From positions 16,306,001-16,370,000 of the forward strand of contig OX597834.1 of the NCBI GenBank assembly GCA_951406725.2: 64,000 nt of DNA. The letters run 5' to 3'. The notes under the pieces were generated by a model that had not been told where the DNA came from, ran no database searches, and saw nothing but the letters and a program-made list of their open reading frames with translations. Shown here piece after piece: positions 27,150 through 38,510 of this stretch (positions are counted from its first letter, which is position 1; every line of letters starts with the position of its first letter). The position numbers and the translations under genes are program-made. The DNA is from Octopus vulgaris (Eukaryota).

Positions 27150-27795
27150 GTATGTGTATATGTGATGATATATACAGACACAAACAATAGATATACATAC
27201 AAACAGATCCACAAATTCATATATATATATATATATCTATACACACATACACATTACACATATTACACACATCCACCAACACATACACAATACAAAATAA
27301 AGTAAAACTTGCAAAGGTAGATCGAATAATGCCATTAGACCAAGCTTTCATGTCAGACAGAAAGCAGAAAGTAGAGAAGAGAGAGAGAGAGGAAAACGAG
27401 GGGGGGTAGAAAAAGGAAAGAAGAAAAAAAAAACAGAATTATTATTTTCAATCTGACTGAATTATTTATATAAGCAGGGGGGAGGAGGAGGAGGGAGAGG
27501 ACGAGGGGGGGGGAGGGGGCCTATGTTGTTGGAATATTTCTCTCATATGAATTTGTAAACAAACGTCAGAATTAATATGAATATTCTAAATGCAGTGCAA
27601 TGCACTACAGAATGGCTTTGATGGTGGTGGTGGCGGTGGTGGTGGTGGTGGTGATGATGGTGGTGGTGGTGGTGGTGATGGCGGCGGCAGCAGAATGCAA
27701 AGTGTTCAAAGACTTTTCATTCAGAATATGTTCTGCATGTTTTCCATATGGTTCAACAGCAACGTAGAATAAGTATATGTGTATGTGTGTGTGTG

Positions 27796-27827
<32 letters not shown>

Positions 27828-28208
27828 CGTATATACATACATACACATATATACATACATACACATATATACATACATACACATATATATACATACATAC
27901 ACACACACACACATATATATATACACATACATAAACACACACACATATATATATACACATATACATATATAAACACATATATACACATATATACATATAT
28001 ATATACACATATATATATATATACATAAATACACATATATACACACACACATACACATATATAAATATACATGCATATATATATATATATACACATGTAT
28101 ATATATACACACAAACAGACACACACACATATATATATATTTATATACACAGGCAAACACACACATATATATATATTTATATACACAGGCACACATACAT
28201 ACACACAT

Positions 28209-28260
<52 letters not shown>

Positions 28261-28282
28261 GTATATATATATGTATAGATAG

Positions 28283-28317
<35 letters not shown>

Positions 28318-28769
28318 GATAGCTAAATATATACATGTATACATATGTACACAAACACACAGCATATGCAAACACCTGTCCTCACTCTCATACTCACACA
28401 CAGCTTGATCAGGGTAGATTTGAGTCTCAGTTGATTGGGAACAAGAGCAGGGTGGAGGCCATAATATCATTAATATCATTTTTATGCAGGTGGGGTGGAA
28501 GAACACAGTGACAGAGACAGTTTAAAGGAAATTAATACTGAGAAGGTTAATATCTAGTTTAAGCTTTCATAAACCGATGGATTGAACTGGAGACAGAGGA
28601 CACAAATAAAATTAAAGAAAGCAGGTAGAACAGGTGAGTTATTTTTGTTGTTGTTGTTGTCGTCGTTTAGCAGCAGGAGAGCCCTAGCCTAGCAGAGCTA
28701 TGATGATGCAACGTGCTCTAAACATGGCCCTCATTTTTCTTTTTCTTTCTCTCAGGAACTGCATATCTT

Positions 28770-29800
28770 GAAGTGCATACAATCAAATAGGGAAATGCTT
28801 TGTACCAGTAATTGTCAGCGCATTTTTATGTATTGCATTACATCGGTGCAAATACACTGCAGACACATGCATGGAGAACTTACACGTGCTTGCAGCTGCA
28901 TTCACCTGGGGTATGTTGAGCCACCTCCGGGCTATGGGTTCACGTCCCTCACAAATGCTGACCACAACCGACAAGCATGTCAGCACAGATGCTGTAGCCA
29001 TGGTGATCACTCTCTAGGTGTAGGGTTCATGTTTATAGTTTCAGTGAGAATACAAATTCACATGTGGCCCCCAGCCACATGTGCACATGTGTTAGGATAA
29101 TGTGATCCATAGCAGCTCATCTTGCCCCCTAATTGTCGACTGCCACAGAGGATTTGCCGACCAAATCACCACCAGTTACCGGCACAGATGTACCCTGGGT
29201 TTGAAATGGGTATCAAGTGATGATGGATATCTACCTAACATAGTTACAAGCCCTGTCATAAGCCTGCTACAAGTCAGAGTCTATGTGTGCCCTATCCTCT
29301 GCCGCAGCTCTCAACCATGTCTCGACAGCCTCTATGCTCCAACTTTCTTGTTTCCACTCTAGGGAGGCTTTCACTGGTTTCTTCATGGACATCCACAGCA
29401 CATGGACATCATCATCATCATCGTTTAGCGTCCGCTTTCCATGCTGGCATTGGTTTGACAGTGCAACTGGGGTCTGGGAAGCCAGAAGGCTGCACCAGGC
29501 CCAGTCTGATCTGGCAATGTTTCTACGGCTGGATGCCCTTCCTAATGCCAAGGATGCCCTTCTTAACACCAAGTATTCAAAATGCTACAGATGCAACAAG
29601 TAGATTCAACGATTCACTAACAAAGCAGAGAGAAGAAAGAGCATCTGATGTATCTATGATGGGGTCAGGCCAGAACTGAGAGGCTGCTCATATCCTGACA
29701 GGTCAGATCATCAAAGTCAAGGACAGCACAAGCAAGAAAATACTGGAATCCAATTAGTGTAGATTTTGACCTATTTCTGCCACTTTGCATTCCTCTTGAT
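28770..29800 (+). mobile_element. Possible highly decayed Penelope (GIY-YIG) ORF relic interrupted by a SINE
   Basis: Only weak motif echoes (ELTR..GY; IYL..C..RVYVC; RKILES). No continuous frame. Confidence 0.3.
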
Positions 29801-29974
29801 TTTAGTGTTTGAGACAATTATTTCTGACAGCAGCACAAAATCTTGAATTTCAAAGACAATGTAGAGAAACTCCTTAATGTTACTGGAGACAAGGAAAAAA
29901 ACTTTAATCCTGGTGCCATGGTAAAATGCACCCAGTACGCTCTGTAAAGTCGTTGGCAAATGAAGAGAGATAAC

Positions 29975-30206
29975 TTAGTCAGAAAACAACACAGCTCCCA
30001 TGACTTTCGGAAACATTTTTTCACGCCCAGAGTTGCTGAAGCATGGAATAAACTGCCTGCGTCAGTTGTTGACTGCCATGACACTGCATCCTTTAAGGCC
30101 CTCATGCTTTCCGAAATCCGCCGAAACTACACCTGATTATATATACACTTTAGATGAGTTGTAGTGCACCTGAGCACTGTACACAATTATTATTATTATT
30201 ATTATT
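29975..30206 (+). mobile_element. CR1-clade LINE 3' end, same family as 3465-3815
   Basis: RKQHSSHDFRKHFFTPRVAEAWNKLPASVV, the same 3' UTR, and a (TTA)n tail. Confidence 0.85.
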
Positions 30207-30831
30207 AAGAGAATCAGCATCATTTAACGTCCACTTCTGATGCTTGTGGAATTTATTGAGGTAGATCTTTCTATGGCCAGATGCCTTTCCTGTCATTGGT
30301 GACAGGAAACCATGGTCTGCAACCTGTTTAGCAGAGCAGTAACTCCAAACTCCAAATAACAACTGACTTGAACTGTGTCGGCCTGTGAAGTGGGTATCTG
30401 ATAATTATGATTATGATGATGATTATGATGATGATAATGATGATATAAAGTTACTGATGTTTATTTTATTAACCCTGAATGAATTAGAAATGAAGTCAAC
30501 CCTGGTAGGATTTGAACTCAGAATGTAGAGGAAAGTAACTAAATAGCTCAAGGAATTTTGTCAGCTGTTATACAAATTCTATTAAATTTGTTTTGAATAC
30601 AAACAAATCCAGTGATTTACAGAGAAGAGCCGGCCGTTCAATAGAATCTCCTCGTTCCATTATTGTATTTATAATAGAATTTATTTTAAACATTTGAGAA
30701 TTGAGAGACAAAGCTGAACCTTGGCACCAAGACACAAACTTATCGGGAAGTCTGTGGTCAGTGAAGTCCAAGTCAAATCAACTGACAGAACACCTTCTCC
30801 TCGACTCACGACCAAGTTCTTGTGAAAGGTA

Positions 30832-31068
30832 AGAGTCCAGTTTGCTGGACATTGTTGTAGAGCTGAAAAAGAGGTAATTTCTACTCTTCTCCTCTGGAAG
30901 CCATCTACTCGCAATACCAGAGGGCACAGACTCTCCTACCCTGATGTAATCTCCAGGGATACAGACATCCAGCAACAGGACTTCCGTAATGCCATGATGG
31001 ACCGTGAAGTCTGGTGTAGCATGGTAAATTCCATTGTCTCGACCACGGTCGAACAATGATGATGATGA
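30832..31068 (+). mobile_element. RTE-like LINE 3' end
   Basis: RVQFAGHCCRAEKEVISTLLLWKP...YPDVISRDT...AMMDREVWCSMV...*, followed by a (TGA)n tail. Confidence 0.75.
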
Positions 31069-31294
31069 CCAAGTTCCATTCCGACTGACAGGTCATAAGT
31101 CAATCCGGTCATGTGTCGGATTTATATTTTCCAACACTATTTTCATTCAAACGCAACCGATTCTTGAAAGTAATAGACAGGGGCAAGGAGTGGGATGCCT
31201 GGCTCTCAGGGATGTCTGTATTGCCAGATGTTGCCATAGTTACTGTACACGCAGCTGCCCAATGTCCGAGAATCAATTATTTATTTATTCACTT

Positions 31295-31702
31295 TACTCT
31301 CTTTCACTTTTTTACTTGTTTCAGTCATTTGACTGCGGCCATGCTGGAGCACCGCCTTTAGTCGAGCAAATCGACCCTGGGACTTATTCTTTGTAAGCCC
31401 AGTACTTATTCTATCGCTCTCTTTTGCCGAACCGCTAAGTGACGGGGACGTAAACACACCAGCATCGGTTGTCAAGCAATGCTAGGGGGACAAACACAGA
31501 CACACGAACACACACATACAAATATATATACATATATACGACAGGCTTCTTTCAGTTTCCGTCTACCAAATCCACTCACAAGGCATTGGTCGGCCCGGGG
31601 CTATAGCAGAAGAGACTTGCCCAAGATGCCACGCAGCGGGACTGAACCCGGAACCATGTGGTTGGTAAGCAAGCTACTTACCACACAGCTACTCCTGCGC
31701 CT
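31295..31702 (-). mobile_element. SINE family A
   Basis: Reverse complement of 1838-2251. A further partial copy follows at about 31725-31893. Confidence 0.9.
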
Positions 31703-32299
31703 ATACTCTCTTTATATTCTCTTTACTCTCTTTTACTTTTTTACTTGTTTCAGTCATTTGACTGTGGCCATGCTAGAGCACTGCTTTTAGTCGAGCAAAT
31801 CGACCCCAGGACTTATTCTTTGTAAGCCTAGTACTTATTCTATCAGTCTCTTTTGCCGAACTGCTAAGTTACGGGATCGTAAACACTCCAGCAGCATCAT
31901 CATCATCATCATCATCATTATTATCAACGTCGTTTAGCGTCTGCTTTCCATGCTGGCATGGGTTGGACAGTTCAACTGGGGTCTGTGAAGCCAGAAGGCT
32001 GCACCAGGCCTAGTCTGATCTGGCAATGTTTCTACAGCTGGATGCCCTTCCTAACGCCAACCACTCCATCATTTATTTTATTTCCTTACTTTTACCTCCC
32101 CTTACATTCTGAGTTCAAGTACATAGTGAGATGCTGGCTACGTACATGCAATCTGCTGCACCCGAATATGAAGCCAGAGCATGGTAACAGCATAATAAAG
32201 CGAGTAATATAATGGAAAGATAACATACTTTCATCTTACCTCTACCCATTTCTCAACCTGTCGTTATAACAAAGAGGATAGACCAATACTGAGAGAGGT

Positions 32300-32950
32300 G
32301 TGGTGAGAGATGGGGGGGGAGTAGAGAGAAAGAAACAGAGAGAAAATGAAAGAGGATGACCAGATGAGAGAGGGAGAGAAGATGAGAGACAGAGAAGATG
32401 AGAGACAGAGAAGATGAGAGAGAGAAAGAGATAAGAAGATAAAAGAGAAGAGAGATGAGAGAAAAGAGATGTATGAGAGAAGGGGATGAGAGAAATATAA
32501 GAGAGGGATAAGAGAGAGAGATGAGAGAGAGGGATGAGAGAGAGATGAGGAAGGTAGAGAGAAAGAAAGAGGGAGACCAAATGAGAGACATAGAGATGAG
32601 AGACAGGGAGAAGATGAGAGAGAAAGAGATGAGAGAGACAGAGAAGATGAGAAAGAGAAAGGGATGAGAAGATGAGATAACCAAGATGAGAGAGAGAGAG
32701 ATGAGAAAGAGAGAGTGACAGAGAGAGATGAGAGATGAGAAAGAGAGAGTGACAGAGAGAGATGAGAGATGAGAAAGAGAGAAGGGAAATGAGAGAGAAA
32801 AGAGAGATGAGAGAGAGAGATGAGAGAGGGATGAGAGAGAAAGATGAGAGAGGGATGAGAAAGAGAGATGTGAGAGAAGAAGAGAGGGAGAAGATGAGAG
32901 AGAGAGATGAAAGGGAAAAAACAGGTGAGAGAGAGAAGATGAAAGAGAGG
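32300..32950. repeat. Purine-rich (GAGAGAT-type) low-complexity tract
   Basis: About 650 bp, almost entirely G/A on the + strand. Confidence 0.9.
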
Positions 32951-33781
32951 CTGCAAAAAAAAAGACACCTGAAGAAAAAGAGAAGCGGAGAGGTAGGTGA
33001 GGTAAAAGAAATAGCAGAGAAGTTCATTCTATTCAAAAGAAACACATCTTTCAGAAGTGAAGAAAGGAAGTCACTGAGTGGAAGAAAAGAAAAGAAAAAG
33101 AAACAGAAGAAGAAAAAAAACGATAATGGCAAATCAAGAGAGAAGCATGAAAATAATAAGTGTATGTAAGGTGATTTGTAAATGAGAGTCAATGGGTGTT
33201 TTTCGATGAGATGAAAGAAGGTATGAAGAGGGGTGGATGGTTGGGTGGATGGACGAGGACGGACAGATGCACGGAAGCAAATAAATAAATACTTCTGTTC
33301 ACTTGTAGACGAGACAGGTGTAGAGTAACGAAAGAGGGCACAGTGACACGTAACCGTTTTCTGTTCTGTGAGAAGAGAAGCCGGGGTGGGGGTGGGGAGA
33401 AGACAGTCCATATTGGTGTGGCGGCGGCGGTGGTGGTGGCAGTGGCGGGAGGGAAGTGTCTTCTCGTTTACGCAAGCATGGAAAACAGAAGTTCGATGAC
33501 GGTCATGACGATGATGATTATTATGATGATGATCATCATCATCATCCAGTGTTTTAAATCCGGGTTTTGGCCCCGTTAACAGGGGTGGCCAGATCTACCT
33601 CAATGCCATAGCAACCGAGGTAGGCAGGTGCAACCCACCCCAACCTTTTGGCTGGCTGGCTGGCTGGTGTCCATTCTCCTTTGCTATCATGAGGCTTTTT
33701 TTGGAGTTTATTATTATTGATGATTATTAACATGATGATGATACATATATATATAGAGAGTTGTGTGTGTGTGTGTATATA

Positions 33782-33992
33782 TATTCAAAATATGACCGCA
33801 TGTGTACCGTTGACGATTTTTTTCCTCTGTCTTCCCTTCTCTGGATCTTTCCTTCAATGTTTCCGATGAAGAGCTCCGCTCGAAACATTAAACCCTCCTT
33901 CTTCCCTTCCTTCCTGAGCATCCAATAATACTATATTTGTTCCACATCGTTGCGTTGTTGTGTTTTCTCTTGTGTTTTCATGTTTGGATTAA

Positions 33993-33995
<3 letters not shown>
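33782..33995 (+). mobile_element. Short Penelope-like repeat with hammerhead-like motif (33859-33893)
   Basis: GTTT-CCGATGA-A-GAGC-TCC-GCTC-GAAA-CATT-AAAC. Flanked by TA/TG microsatellite. Homologous to 55140-55568. Confidence 0.7.
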
Positions 33996-34040
<45 letters not shown>

Positions 34041-34641
34041 TTCTTTCTCTCTCTCTCTCTCTCTCTCAGAGAGGCACAAGCACCTGCACACACATATACA
34101 CACACGGCAGTAAGTTCCGCCTACCAGATTCAATCACAAAGCATTGGTTGGCCCGAAGCTATAGCAGAAGGCACTTGCCCAAAGTGCCATGCGGTGGGAC
34201 TGAACCCGAAACCATGTAGCTGGGAAGCAAGCTTCCTAACCACACAGCCATGCCCATGCCAACAAGCCATGCCCGTGCCTACAGCCATGCCCATGCCATA
34301 CGTATGTATGTATGTATGTAAATGTGCGGTATGGACCACATAGTTCTTGGTTCAGTCTTACTGCATGGCAACAGGAGCAAATGTCTTTCACTATAGCCTT
34401 GGACCAATGAAAAAGCCCATCGCACATGAATGTGTGTTTGTGCTTGTCTCCACCCCCACTTGACAACTGCTGTTGGTTTGTTTACATTCTTGTAACTTAG
34501 TGGTTCAGCAAAAAAAAAAGCAATGGAACAAATACCAGGATTCAAAAAAAAATCTATTGGGGTCAATTTGTTTGATTAAAAACATTCTTCGTGGCAGTGC
34601 TCCAGAATGGCCACAATCTAATGACTGAAACAAGTAAAAGG

Positions 34642-34868
34642 TTAACCCTTTAGTATTTAAACCGGCCATATCCAGCCAAAATATTTAATCTGTTTTATGT
34701 TCAAACTGACCAGATCCAGGCTCTCACACCTACCCTACAATGTTATTCTACATTAAGTAGTTACACCATCAAGATCTTGAAGATATGGGATGATGCATGA
34801 TTAATTCAAATCAATGGGAATCAATAAGCATTATGTTTGATAGAATAATCTGAACATTAAAGGGTTAA
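34642..34868. mobile_element. piggyBac-type MITE, family 2 (227 bp)
   Basis: TTAACCCTTTAG...TTAAAGGGTTAA. Near-identical 227-bp copy at 50594-50820. Confidence 0.85.
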
Positions 34869-35995
34869 AGATACGAACAAGCAGACACACAGCAAGATCC
34901 AGCTTATCACACTCACCCTCCAATGCCATTCTAAAAAATATACAATCGCATCATCAAAATTTCAAAGCTACAAAATAATGTACAATTAATTATAAACAAT
35001 GTAAATGAAAAAGCATTACATTTGACAGAATAAATTTGCATATTTTAAAGGGTTAAACCAGCCATATCTGGCCTGGGTATTCTAAATGTTTTATATTCAA
35101 ACTGGTCAGATTTGGCCTCTTAAACCAACCTTACAATGTCACTCTAAGAATATACAATCCCATTATTGAAATCTCAAAGCTACAAGATAATGCAAGATTA
35201 ATTGAAAATAATGTAATTAAATAAGCATCACATATGATATAATAATCTGAATATTAATGAGTTAAATGATGATGACATCATATAGTGTACGCTACTCATA
35301 ACTTTATCTCTCTCTCTCTCTCTCTCTCTGTCTTTTGTCCTCCAATATTGTGCCCGCAATATTGGCGGTGAGCTGGCAGAGACGTTAGCATGCCGAGTGA
35401 AATGCTTAGTGGTATTTCGTCTATCGTTACGTTCTGAGTTCAAATTCCACCGAGGTCGACTTTGCCTTTCATCTTTTCGGGGTCGATAAATAAAGTACCA
35501 GTTTCGCACTGGGGATCGATGTAATCGACTTAATCCCTTTGTCTGTCCTTGTTTCTCCCCTCTGTGTTTTGCCCCTTGTGGTTAGTAAAGAAATAAATAT
35601 TGTGCCCGCAGCTTGTATTGAACTTCTTATTCCCAAACTTTCATTCCAGAATATCAGTTCCTTGGAATCCTTTCTTTGCTTATGTTTTTTTTTTTTGGTG
35701 GGGGTAGAATTTCGGAGGTTTTTTTTTTTTTTTTTTTTGTTTCTTCAATTTCGCTTTTTCTTCATGCAGCTTTAAATCTGCAGCTATTGGAGAAGAACAT
35801 TAACAGCATCTCTTTCACCAGCCATGAAATGAACACAACTTTTACCTTCTTCCAAACCATAGCATTTTCAACAAAAAAAAATCAATAATAATAATAATAA
35901 TAAATAAACAAATAAATGAAAATAAAAACCAAGCACCTTAATTGTTTCAAAACAAAACAAAAAATGCAAACAAACAAGCAATGGATACAACTTAC

Positions 35996-36053
35996 CTTGT
36001 CATAAGGATCTCTAAAGGTGGAGGGAGATTTTTGATTAACGGAGGCCGTGTTC
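35996..36053 (-). CDS. MAP3K7: TAK1/MAP3K7 next exon (58 nt)
   Basis: atttcAG|GA ACA CGG CCT CCG ... ATG ACA AG|GTaag gives (G)[18 protein letters not shown](R), matching TAK1 [20 protein letters not shown]. Splices in frame to the 129-nt exon across an 8066-bp intron. Not present in the ORF track. Confidence 0.93.
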
Positions 36054-36359
36054 CTGAAATAAACAGTTCAATTAACATTTGTTATTAGTATTTATTACTT
36101 ATTACATTTAATATCAAAACCAATTTTATTTTTTTTATTAGTTTTTTTTTTTTTTTGTATTTCATGGCATTTTGAAACTGATAAAAGAATTATATAATTC
36201 TTAAAGCATTTTTTTTTGTCTTCTGTAATATTTCTAATAAGATTTTCCATAGAAACAAATTTTTAAATTGAAAATAAAATTATAAAAAAAAAAAAAAAAC
36301 GAAAAGAAAAAAATATATATTTATTTCTTGCTAAAAAGAAATTATATTTTTTCTTTAAA

Positions 36360-36449
36360 GCGAACAATAACAATAATATTGTAATAACAACAATAACAAT
36401 AATAAAAATTATAACAGTAGTAATAGCAATGATAATAATGATGATGATG

Positions 36450-36513
<64 letters not shown>

Positions 36514-36810
36514 TGATGATGACGATGATAATAATAATAGTAATAATAATCATAATAGTAATGATGATGATAATAGTAATAATAATAATGATAAGAATAA
36601 GAATGACAATGATAATAATAATGATAATATTAATGATGATGATGATAGCAATAATAACACTAATAATAACAATAATAACAACAATAATTCTAATAATGAG
36701 AACAATGATAATAGTAATAAAATAAAATAATAGTAATATTAATAACAATAATAATACTAACAATGATAATAGTAATAATGATGATGATAACAATGATAAT
36801 AATAATTAAT
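36360..36810. repeat. Degenerate (AAT/GAT)n microsatellite
   Basis: Read directly. Similar tracts at 9445-10640, 38510-38925 and 43200-43590. Confidence 0.9.
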
Positions 36811-37145
36811 AGTATTTGTTAAAAAGGAATTACACAGATGGAAAAAAAACAAAAGAGAGAAGAGAAAATATGAGAAATTCCAAGAGAGAATGTGAAAAAG
36901 CATTATGAGAAAAACGTAAGTTCTTTAAGTGTTTGATGAGAGAATGTATTAAAATAAACAGAATCATTGGAAGAGAACAAAACTATCTGGCTCTGCATGA
37001 AATGATTCCAACAAGTTGGTTGCCAATGTGTTGGTGTTAAGTGGGTGGGGGTGTGTGTGCACTTTCGTGTTACTCTGTGTGTATTGTGTTGTGTGTGCTT
37101 TGCTCTTGTTCTGTGTGTGAGTGTGTGTGTTATGTGCTTTCATAT

Positions 37146-37181
<36 letters not shown>

Positions 37182-37316
37182 TTGTGCATTGGTCTTATTC
37201 TGTGTGTGAGTGTGTGTATGTTATGTGCTTTCATATTACTCTGTGTGTGTGTGTGTGTGTGCATATTGTGTGCCTTAGTTTTATTCTGTGCGTGAGTGTG
37301 TGTGTTGTGTGTGTGT

Positions 37317-37352
<36 letters not shown>

Positions 37353-38207
37353 GTGCTTTGGTCTTATTCTGTATGTGAGTGTGTGTGTGTTATGTGATTT
37401 CATAGTACTCTGTGTGTGTTATCATGTGTGTGTGTGTGTATATCATGTGCTTTGGTATTATTCTATGTGTCTGTGTATGTATTGTGTTGCGTGCTTTGAT
37501 GTCATTGTGTGTGTGTATGTGTGTGTGCTGTGCGAAGTTGGTTGTGTGCTTTGGTGAGTTAATATGCGAGTGTGAGCATACAGGTATGTGTATGTGTGAG
37601 TATATTGCATATGCTTTGTTGTGTATGTGTGTGTATATTGTTGTGAGCTTCAACGTGTTCCTGTCTATGAGAGAGAAAGAAAGAGAGACAGAGATGATTA
37701 TAATATGATGCTTGTCAATGTGTGTGTGTGTGTGTGTGTATGCATTATATGTTGTATTGTTTTCCACATATCCAGTTTAGCAAGAATTATAAATGAAATC
37801 AAAATATATTTCAATTGAGTAAAACATCGAAAAATACATAAAGACAAAGTGAGAAGGGGAGGGAAGAGGAGGAGAGGGGGAGAGACACAGATAGACAGAG
37901 AGAGATATATGGGATGGGTGGGTGACTATGTTGTGAAGTAGGGATGTGATCCACAGAGGACCAGCTTCATTTTGATCTATGGTACATGTTCCTGTGTAGG
38001 TAATTATACCTGTCCTAAACAAAATGGCTTTACTTTTTGACTCACCCTCGTATATAAGAGCATCCAGACATCCAAAAGACAAAAAAGGGGACAAAAACAT
38101 CCATAAACAACTAAGTTTGGTGTTTTGCTCTGTTCTATGTGGGTGCCAGATGCAGGAGAGTTGAGGCTCTGTGCCAGCAAGGAAAAGCAAACACTATAAT
38201 GATGATG

Positions 38208-38510
38208 GGAGGCGCAATGGCCCAGTGGTTAGGGCAATGGACTTGCGGTTGTAGGATTGTGGTTTCGATTCCCAGACCTGGTGGTTGTGAGTGTTTATTG
38301 AGCGAAAACACCTAAAGCTCCACGAGGCTCCAGCAGGGGGTAGTGGCGATCCCTGCTGTATTCTTTCGCCACAACTTTTCTCTCACTCTTTCTTCTGTTG
38401 GCCTGCTCGCTTAGCCAGCGGAGTGGCGTCATTTGAAGGCTGAAACAATGCAAAGCGCATTGTGACCAGCGATGTGTAGCAACATCTGATAGCCTGGTCA
38501 GTCACGGTGA
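38208..38510 (+). mobile_element. SINE family B (tail type 2)
   Basis: Same head and body as 2266-2659 but a different 3' part (..gcattgtgaccagcgatgtgtagcaacatctgat..gtcacggtga). Second copy at 54426-54703. Confidence 0.85.

Noticed and set aside
28380-28510. Candidate downstream TAK1 exon with GTGAGT donor
   Set aside because: No suitable acceptor and no similarity to the expected CW..RPS or YFPG segments.
32242-33411. 389-aa Leu/Ser-rich ORF
   Set aside because: Translation of the GA-rich low-complexity tract.
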